From Candidatus Thorarchaeota archaeon (GTDB lineage Archaea; Asgardarchaeota; Thorarchaeia; Thorarchaeales; Thorarchaeaceae), in the NCBI GenBank assembly GCA_003345545.1, contig PRDH01000076.1, positions 1 through 64,000 on the forward strand: a DNA stretch of 64,000 nt, in the 5' to 3' direction. Below, piece by piece: positions 57,421 through 64,000 of the stretch. Every line of letters starts with the position of its first letter. Position 1 is the first letter of the stretch. The notes under the pieces were generated by a model. That model was not told the DNA's origin and searched no databases. It saw only the letters and a list, made by a program, of their open reading frames with translations. The position numbers and the translations under genes were made by a program.

Positions 57421-57822
57421 CTAACTGGGGTAGATTTTCCAGAGAGTATCACATGCGTGGACTACATGGCCGACAAGCGTCTGAATCTCCTCGCTTGTCA
57501 AATCGGTGTCATTTGTTTCTGCAATAACAATGATGTCATCATCTTCATCAATGGCATATTTCACGCCGTTAGCCTTCCACGACTCTTTGAGCATGTCATA
57601 TGCAAGTTTCATCCTCTTGGTTTCTTCGACCTGATAGAAGTTGGTGAATGGCGCAACGATGTATGCCCAGGATTCATCCTTGTTCGAGATTATCTTGATC
57701 TTCAAATCCTCAAAATGCTCGGTCTTCCAATGCATTAACAGGGCACTTTCTTCCTTTTCGTACTTGATTTCAATCTGATCGAGCAGCGAAGCGATATGTT
57801 GAATGATACTCAATGCAAACAC
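57421..57822 (-). CDS. YbjN/T3SS-chaperone-like small acidic protein
   Basis: L..SW.ANGVKYAIDEDDDI.V pattern; 133 aa. Confidence 0.6.
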   Translation of the reverse strand: MFALSIIQHIASLLDQIEIKYEKEESALLMHWKTEHFEDLKIKIISNKDESWAYIVAPFTNFYQVEETKRMKLAYDMLKESWKANGVKYAIDEDDDIIVIAETNDTDLTSEEIQTLVGHVVHACDTLWKIYPS

Positions 57823-57897
57823 CCTAGAGGGCGAATTGCTACTGCACCATATTAAGATGTTTCGGGGATGCCTAGAGAGGAAACAGACAGTAAATTA

Positions 57898-57931
57898 TAT
57901 ATCGCCTTACATACTATATCGTTATACATAC
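57898..57931 (+). promoter_or_regulatory. 17-bp tandem repeat at the padR promoter
   Basis: TATATCGcctTACATAC followed by TATATCGttaTACATAC. Confidence 0.6.
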
Positions 57932-57964
57932 TAGTCCACATGCTACTGCTGGAGAAGGGGACGC

Positions 57965-58342
57965 ATGGTCGATGAAGAACTAGAAGCTGGTCCTGAGAGA
58001 GAATATGAACTCTGGTCACTCGAAATCAGGAGGGGTGCCCTTTCTCTGGCAATCCTTGCGATCATTCTTGATGGAGAATCTTATGGCTATGACATCATGA
58101 AGAAGTTGAGCCAAGAGCCGTATGAGAGTCTCCAGATGGAGCCAAGCACCACATATCCACTTCTGAGACGCTTGGAGAAGAGGGGTATTCTAGAGGGTCG
58201 ATGGTCGGATGCATCGGGAAAAAGGCGCAGACTCTATTATGTGACAAGGGACGGCAGGAGAATACTAAGAAGGATGGTCAAGTCATGGCAAAGCCTGAAC
58301 GACCAACTGACACAACTAGTCATGGAGGCGGGTCTCAAATGA
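57965..58342 (+). CDS. PadR family transcriptional regulator
   Basis: RRG.L.LAILAI...ESYGYDI, TTYPLLRRLEKRG, RRLYYVT..GR. Confidence 0.93.
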   Translation: MVDEELEAGPEREYELWSLEIRRGALSLAILAIILDGESYGYDIMKKLSQEPYESLQMEPSTTYPLLRRLEKRGILEGRWSDASGKRRRLYYVTRDGRRILRRMVKSWQSLNDQLTQLVMEAGLK

Positions 58343-60219
58343 ACAACGAGGGAGAAACCATCATCGAGGAATACCTCATGCTGGTCAGAGAGAAGTTGCC
58401 AGTCACAATTGCTGATGATGTAATCAACGAGCTTCGTTCGTACATGCAAGAGTCAGCAAGGGATCAGGGTGATGGGCAGATCACTGTCCAATCAGCAAAG
58501 AAGATAGTAGCGCAATTCGGTGCTCCGGGTGAAGTGGCTGATGAATACAAATACTCAATGCTCCCCGAAACCATCCCTGAAAACTTGGATTCATCGGAGG
58601 CAAAGAAGGAGCCGTGCGGAATTCCACAACAAGGACTAATGCAGTCAATTCAACCCGAGCTCACGCCGGTTCCTCAGCAGAACCCAACGGTTAGTCATTC
58701 CTCGTTCTTCATTCGAGCAGTAATTCAATCATGGATTTGGATAGTGATTGTGTCTTTGACTACTCTGCCACTTTTGATTACTCTGCCAATAGGACCAATG
58801 GGGATTTCGTCTTGGATGGTCCTTGTCCCCGTATCTCAAGCCCTCATTGTAACATTTGGATTGCTCTTTCATTCACTCAACCTTAGGAGAAAAAGGACCA
58901 TACTCTGGCGAAGGACATATCAAGAATGGTCCGCCCTTCAGAACTTCGTGACATTGCCCGAGCACTCTATACCAGAAGCAGGCACTAGTATGCTGAGATT
59001 AGATGTTCTCACTTCACTGACTGGAATCATTCTTTTCTTGCCAACTGCCATTCTAGGCAATCAACCTTATTTCCTATTGTTCAGCGGAGTTCCAGTTTCT
59101 TTTCTCTTCGCAGCAAGAATGTACTATGGATTAGAGATAATCCATGATGACCGAGATCCTATCAGAAACTCTTGGAAGCGATTCGCTGTCAACCTGGCGT
59201 TGCTTGTTGTCCTCGAAGCATCAGTCTTCTGGATATTCAACCCGTGGGTGTATGGCGGTTTCCTTGTCTTTAGTATGGCCCCGATTCTTTTGACGTTCAT
59301 TGTATGCTACGGTTCATTGTTGCTCTTCAATGTTGTATCAGGAGCCCAGAATCTTTGGTGGAGGACTCAAGATGAGCCCGAAACAATCTCTGCGAAAGAG
59401 AAAGGAGTATCTCGGGAGGATAAGGCGGAGCTACTAGCACGTTTGCCTAGCACTATGAAGAGGCTGTACGCAAAGATGATTGGCTGGATTGTTGTCTATA
59501 ACCTTCCTCAGGTCTATGTCAGCTTCGAAAATGGATCATACGAGATTTGGTCATTCGATTGGTACAATTGGATTGCTTTGCTCATCTTTGGGATGACTAT
59601 TGCCGGGGCTCTACTTGTGTTCTATTTCCCCTATCGTAGGTTCATGATTAAGAGGCTAGACTCAAGGATGGTTTTTGGACGACGAGGACGAGTAGAAGCA
59701 GCAGTCGATTCATTCATCAGCGCAATCTTTCTAGCTATGACTTTCACGTTCATACTTGCCAGTGGACTCGACAATATTGCCCTTTACAGAATCATTGACT
59801 ATCAGCGACACTTAGGAATGCAATGGGGATTCATCCTGGCAACGATGGAATTGGTTGCATTTTCCCTAGGTGCGATAGCATTGTTAGTTCGCATCCTTGG
59901 TAATGTTCATGAGTTCAGACAAATATGGAAGAAGAGAGCAGTCGGACTGATCGAACAATCAGGTGTTCTCCTGGTTCTCACGCTAGCTACTTACTCAAGT
60001 GCAGAATATCTAAAACTGCAAGTCATTTATGGTTGGTATAGTAATTTCTATGCTTTGTACATGATTTTTCTAGCACTGGTTTTGTTCCTAGCTTTCCAAA
60101 TAGGATCTTCATCTTTGAAAGGGGAGATGATGAGGAGGAATGATCAAGACCCAAGAATAAAGTCACTCAAAACGCATAGTGTATATATTGGTGCCTCAAA
60201 CTATGATTCTGAGCCATGA
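58339..60219 (+). CDS. Multi-pass membrane protein with N-terminal HAAS (DUF1700-like) domain
   Basis: IEEYL..V...LP...DVINELRSY.......FGAPGEVADEY; ATGA overlap with padR. Confidence 0.8.
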   Translation: MNNEGETIIEEYLMLVREKLPVTIADDVINELRSYMQESARDQGDGQITVQSAKKIVAQFGAPGEVADEYKYSMLPETIPENLDSSEAKKEPCGIPQQGLMQSIQPELTPVPQQNPTVSHSSFFIRAVIQSWIWIVIVSLTTLPLLITLPIGPMGISSWMVLVPVSQALIVTFGLLFHSLNLRRKRTILWRRTYQEWSALQNFVTLPEHSIPEAGTSMLRLDVLTSLTGIILFLPTAILGNQPYFLLFSGVPVSFLFAARMYYGLEIIHDDRDPIRNSWKRFAVNLALLVVLEASVFWIFNPWVYGGFLVFSMAPILLTFIVCYGSLLLFNVVSGAQNLWWRTQDEPETISAKEKGVSREDKAELLARLPSTMKRLYAKMIGWIVVYNLPQVYVSFENGSYEIWSFDWYNWIALLIFGMTIAGALLVFYFPYRRFMIKRLDSRMVFGRRGRVEAAVDSFISAIFLAMTFTFILASGLDNIALYRIIDYQRHLGMQWGFILATMELVAFSLGAIALLVRILGNVHEFRQIWKKRAVGLIEQSGVLLVLTLATYSSAEYLKLQVIYGWYSNFYALYMIFLALVLFLAFQIGSSSLKGEMMRRNDQDPRIKSLKTHSVYIGASNYDSEP

Positions 60220-60373
60220 GATGAGCGCGAGGAATATGGATGGTATTCGCAGCTAGGATTCTAGTCCGACACTGTTGCATACACCCACTCATGTTTATTT
60301 GGTTTCACGAGTACATATACGCAAGAATCTGGAGACCCGGCTCACTCTCCAGCATAATGAGTGGTCGATAGTC

Positions 60374-61351
60374 ATGCAGGATCTTGTGGCACTTGCGTCT
60401 CTGTTGAGAGAGATTTCATTTGGAGTCTTGATTGCAGGTCTATTCTACACTTTTGGCATGTTCTTCCTGGGGAGAGTGTTTTCTGCATTCACCGAACACG
60501 CTCATGAGGTTGAGCATGACGTAGATCATGATGTTGACCATTCTGTTGAACATGGCGAAACCGAGCATGAAGTGGATCACTCAGTGGAACACGAAGTGGA
60601 ACACGACTTTGAGCATGGTGCTGAGCAAGAACTAGACCACGATGTTTCTCACGTAGTTGAGCATGATATCGACCACGGCGGCGAGCACGAACTAGATCAT
60701 GATGTTTCGCATGAGGTCGAACATGATATCGACCATGATGTATCACACGAAGCTGAGCATGATGTTGAACATGCCGACCATGGTGTTGACCATCAGGATA
60801 TCAGTCAAGATACGGAGCATGTTACCGATCATGATGTTGACATAGACCATGACATAGAGCATGATCATTCGGGTTTCTTCGAAGCTGAGAGAGGCGCGCC
60901 CCTTGGAGTCACTATTGGCACCACTCTAGTCACTTTTGGCTTCTTGGGCTCGGTTATGTACTACGAAGGTATTGCACTTCCTTTCATCGGAAAGATAATA
61001 CTCCATGTAGGTGGAACAGCGCTCTTGGTCTGGACTATGCGAACGATTCTGAGTAAATTCTTTGTTGAAACTGGTTTCAACATCAAGCCGCGGCATATCG
61101 TGGGTCTTGAAGTAGAGGCAGCCAGCACAATTCGAGATGACTTTGGTGAGATACGAGTTCACACTGATATGGGTCTAAGAAGATTCAACGCTCGGCCATT
61201 CCAGAAGGGAGTAGTCTTCCAGAAAGGAATCTTACTTTACGCTGTTTCTGCGGATGACAAGTTCATCTACGTGGATCCAAGAAAGGAAGTTGTGAAGTGG
61301 GTCCAGAAGCAGAGTCGAAGAAAAGACGAGGAAGAGAAGTCAAAGGAGTAG
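60374..61351 (+). CDS. NfeD/YuaF-like membrane protein with long His/Asp/Glu repeat
   Basis: TM, HxxE/D repeats, FG..G TMs, C-terminal OB-fold (IVG....TI...FGEI...A); upstream of flotillin. Confidence 0.8.
   Translation: MQDLVALASLLREISFGVLIAGLFYTFGMFFLGRVFSAFTEHAHEVEHDVDHDVDHSVEHGETEHEVDHSVEHEVEHDFEHGAEQELDHDVSHVVEHDIDHGGEHELDHDVSHEVEHDIDHDVSHEAEHDVEHADHGVDHQDISQDTEHVTDHDVDIDHDIEHDHSGFFEAERGAPLGVTIGTTLVTFGFLGSVMYYEGIALPFIGKIILHVGGTALLVWTMRTILSKFFVETGFNIKPRHIVGLEVEAASTIRDDFGEIRVHTDMGLRRFNARPFQKGVVFQKGILLYAVSADDKFIYVDPRKEVVKWVQKQSRRKDEEEKSKE
60497..60868 (+). repeat. 12-nt/4-aa degenerate coding repeat H-[DE]-[VIL]-[DE]
   Basis: 30 His in 124 codons, mostly every fourth residue. Confidence 0.9.
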
Positions 61352-61606
61352 TTTTCCACCCCTTCCTTTCTACGAGGGTTTATAATCCCTCAGAACAAAT
61401 CATAACCAAGTGCGTCTGAGAGCTGCCATCAAACTGCACTGAGAGATGCAGGCAATGGAAGGGTCAAATCAGGGTCACCTCAGGCTTCGAGCACATGACT
61501 GGGGACTCAGGGTGGAGTTGACTGATTCATTCAGCAAATCTCAGTGAGTAAAGAGGGATGTGCCTGAGGATGCTGTTAAGCACAGAATCTTGTAGGTAGG
61601 ACAGAA

Positions 61607-62938
61607 ATGCAAGCCGACATATTTAACTGGTTATCCAGTAACCCGGGACTGGCAATTGGGCTCTTCTTAGTTCTGTTTGTTCTGTTGATTGGTTTCTACG
61701 TGAAGAAATACGTTCGCATCTTCGATCCGAACATCTTCTACGTTCATCTGCGGAAAGGTAAGGCCATCAAGCAAGGGGAAGGAGGCATGGTCGTCAGAAT
61801 ACCCTTCTTGGACAGGATTCTTGCCGTCGATAGAACTGTTCAGCAACTAAACATCTCAGCGGAATCTGTTCTGTCAAGAGAGAAGCAGAAGATCAGGCTC
61901 AGCACAGTACTTCAATGGCAGGCTGATAATGCCATTGCAACCATAAACAATGTGACTTGGAAGGAGATACCGACAAGACTTACCGCAATTATTGAGTCTG
62001 TCATACGAACGGCGTGTGCGCAGCTCTCAGTTGAATCGATACTTATGGAGCGACAGCTGATTATTGAAGCTATAAAGAAAGAACTCATCGACATTGTAAG
62101 CGAATGGGGTCTCAAAATCGTTACTGTCGAGCTGGTTGACGTCGTAGTCGTTAATGAGTCATTCCTCAGAGATATGTCCAAGCCCAGAGAGGCGGAGATG
62201 CATCGCCTTGCGCAGATTGCTCTGATCGAGGCTGACCAGGCAACTGGCACACGCGATATTGAGAGGACCAAGGTTCTCAGGGCTCAGGAAATCGAACGTG
62301 ACAGGCTTGTCGGTGTCAAAGAGCAAGAACAGCTTAGAGATATCCAAGAGAATGAGAAGCAGCGTGAGCAGAGTGTCCTTGAGATCGAACTACAGAAGGC
62401 CCTGATGCAGAAGAAGTATGAGAAACAACAGGCAGAGGTTGAGGCTGCAAAGGACCTAGAGGTTGCAAAGTTGAATGCTGAGGCCGAAAAGCAGCGCAAG
62501 ATAAAGGAAGAGGTTGAGGTCCAAGCTCAACGTATTCTCCAAGAGGCCAAAGCAGAGGCCGAGAAAATAAACGTCACTGCAGAAGCTGAGGCGGGTCAAA
62601 TCCTCAAGCTCACATCAGCCCAGGCGGAGGGTATAAAGAAGACACTCGCCGCAGCAAAAGACTACTCACCCCAAGCATTTGCGAGAGACTTTCTCCAGAT
62701 ACTCCCTGAAATCTACAAGCAGATAGAAATCGGCGATGTCACTCTCTTCGGAGGAGCCGGTGCCGCGGGGGCTGAAGGAGCTGAAGAGGGCGGAGCCGGA
62801 GCTGGTGCGTTCCAGGTCTTTGGAAACGTGCTCCTCCCAATGATGCTCATGTCAAGGATGATGGGATTCGATTTCAAGGGGCTCATGAAGGAAGCTCTTG
62901 GCGACATGGCATCTGAAGAGAAGAAGAAGAAGCAGTGA
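61607..62938 (+). CDS. SPFH domain flotillin-like protein
   Basis: N-terminal TM, SPFH core (IP.LD..., R...A.LSVE.I..ER, WGL.I..VE..DV), EA-rich coiled-coil. Confidence 0.9.
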   Translation: MQADIFNWLSSNPGLAIGLFLVLFVLLIGFYVKKYVRIFDPNIFYVHLRKGKAIKQGEGGMVVRIPFLDRILAVDRTVQQLNISAESVLSREKQKIRLSTVLQWQADNAIATINNVTWKEIPTRLTAIIESVIRTACAQLSVESILMERQLIIEAIKKELIDIVSEWGLKIVTVELVDVVVVNESFLRDMSKPREAEMHRLAQIALIEADQATGTRDIERTKVLRAQEIERDRLVGVKEQEQLRDIQENEKQREQSVLEIELQKALMQKKYEKQQAEVEAAKDLEVAKLNAEAEKQRKIKEEVEVQAQRILQEAKAEAEKINVTAEAEAGQILKLTSAQAEGIKKTLAAAKDYSPQAFARDFLQILPEIYKQIEIGDVTLFGGAGAAGAEGAEEGGAGAGAFQVFGNVLLPMMLMSRMMGFDFKGLMKEALGDMASEEKKKKQ

Positions 62939-63024
62939 AGAAATAGCAAGATGGGATAGAGAGCTCCTAGACCTGCTGAGAAGGCTAGTCAGGGACACTA
63001 TCCCCTTCTTTCATCTTCCTGCAC

Positions 63025-63264
63025 TTATTTGAGACGTCTTATGAACCAGATGAGCTTGTCTCCTTCTTCAGCCAGCTCCACTATCTCATTACCACTTCTC
63101 TCAGCCCAAGCTGGAAAGTCTTTCTTTGTGCCAATATCAGTGGCTATCACTTTCAGTATCTCTCCAACCTTGATTCCTTGGACCTCTTTCTTCGTCTTCA
63201 ATATCGGCATTGGGCATCTAAGCCCACTGGCATCAAATACAGCCGCAACTTGATGATCTGTCAT
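63025..63264 (-). CDS. tusA: TusA/SirA sulfur carrier
   Basis: DASGLRCPMPIL...GEILKVIATD..T.KD.PAW. Confidence 0.92.
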   Translation of the reverse strand: MTDHQVAAVFDASGLRCPMPILKTKKEVQGIKVGEILKVIATDIGTKKDFPAWAERSGNEIVELAEEGDKLIWFIRRLK

Positions 63265-63475
63265 AGTTGATCGCCTTCTGCTCCTCTAACGAACACTTCT
63301 TATACGTTTCTCTAGTACACTAATACATATTCAATCTCAGACTTGTTTCTGTGCGGAAACGAACATCGAAACAGAATTTTGGTTACGTAATAAAACCAAT
63401 GTCCTGCCGCCGTGTTCCTTTTCCGACATGTTTATCTATTCTTGTTTTAGCTATTGAAACAATAGGTGTATCAAT

Positions 63476-63868
63476 ATGGCACTTTTTCAACTGATTCTGT
63501 TCGTTCTTCTGGCCTTGAACATAAGTGCGATGTTCTCGGGCTTTATGCTCGCTAGAAGAATGGGCTTCTACTTAATGAATCAAGTCATGGCATTGATGTT
63601 TGCGATGATGATTGGCATTGCCTCTTTGCTTGTTGGGCTTTTCTTCCCACCTGTACCTGCAATGTTTGACTATCTTCACATCATCATATTGCTGGATTTC
63701 ATTCTGGTACTAATAGCAACACTCATGCAATTCACTCAGATCCTGCCTGTATTGCTGAAGACAATGCAAGGCGGTCCATTCCACAGCTCGCACATGACCA
63801 ACCTCTTGGTTACGCTGTTTATGCTACTTGGACTCGTCATTTACTACGCTGAAATAGCTGTCATGTAG
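63476..63868 (+). CDS. Small 4-TM membrane protein
   Basis: Highly hydrophobic 130-aa ORF with AGGTG upstream. Confidence 0.65.
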   Translation: MALFQLILFVLLALNISAMFSGFMLARRMGFYLMNQVMALMFAMMIGIASLLVGLFFPPVPAMFDYLHIIILLDFILVLIATLMQFTQILPVLLKTMQGGPFHSSHMTNLLVTLFMLLGLVIYYAEIAVM

Positions 63869-63882
63869 GAGATGAATACAAG

Positions 63883-64000
63883 ATGCCTAGTCTATACATT
63901 ATCGCGCAATGGGGTCCTGAAGCAGCAGAACGATGCTATGGTCCCTTTGTAACTGGTACCACTGCACAGACTCTCGATGTCAACGTGACTATCTTCCTCA
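63883..64000 (+). CDS. DsrE-family protein, partial (runs off right edge); not in ORF track
   Basis: MPSLYIIAQWGPEAAERCYGPFVTGTTAQTLDVNVTIFL matches the DsrE N-terminus; adjacent to tusA. Confidence 0.7.
   Translation, partial: MPSLYIIAQWGPEAAERCYGPFVTGTTAQTLDVNVTIFL

Noticed and set aside
1-64000. Mobile elements, prophage, rRNA or tRNA genes
   Set aside because: No transposase, integrase, capsid or stable-RNA signatures seen by eye

Overview
Gene-dense archaeal chromosomal segment, most consistent with an Asgard archaeon of the Thorarchaeia type (inference). Supporting features are a single-domain gelsolin, 22-aa 'IDLxPL' LRR proteins, a geranylgeranyl reductase-family enzyme, CofE, a DUF106/EMC3-TMCO1 insertase, C-terminally anchored N-glycosylated surface proteins and many GTG/TTG starts. 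About 60 protein genes cover metabolism (gdhA, pfkA, ade, cofE, amidohydrolases, DDAH), transport (CorA, LysE, ECF-S, VIT1), signalling (three stand-alone receiver domains around a TPR protein, no kinase), a MoxR-VWA pair, a Zn-ribbon/B-box membrane operon, and a PadR-HAAS-NfeD(His-rich)-flotillin cluster. I saw no rRNA, tRNA, CRISPR or transposase. The most unexplained signals are: (1) clusters of a CGTGTAC motif in two long non-coding regions (19.4-21.1 kb and 24.0-24.6 kb); (2) a ~120-nt three-way-junction RNA candidate downstream of gdhA; (3) a structured flotillin leader; (4) a 30-His tetrapeptide repeat in NfeD; (5) the B-box membrane operon with a divergent CYSTM-like peptide. All calls come from reading motifs by eye; no searches were run.
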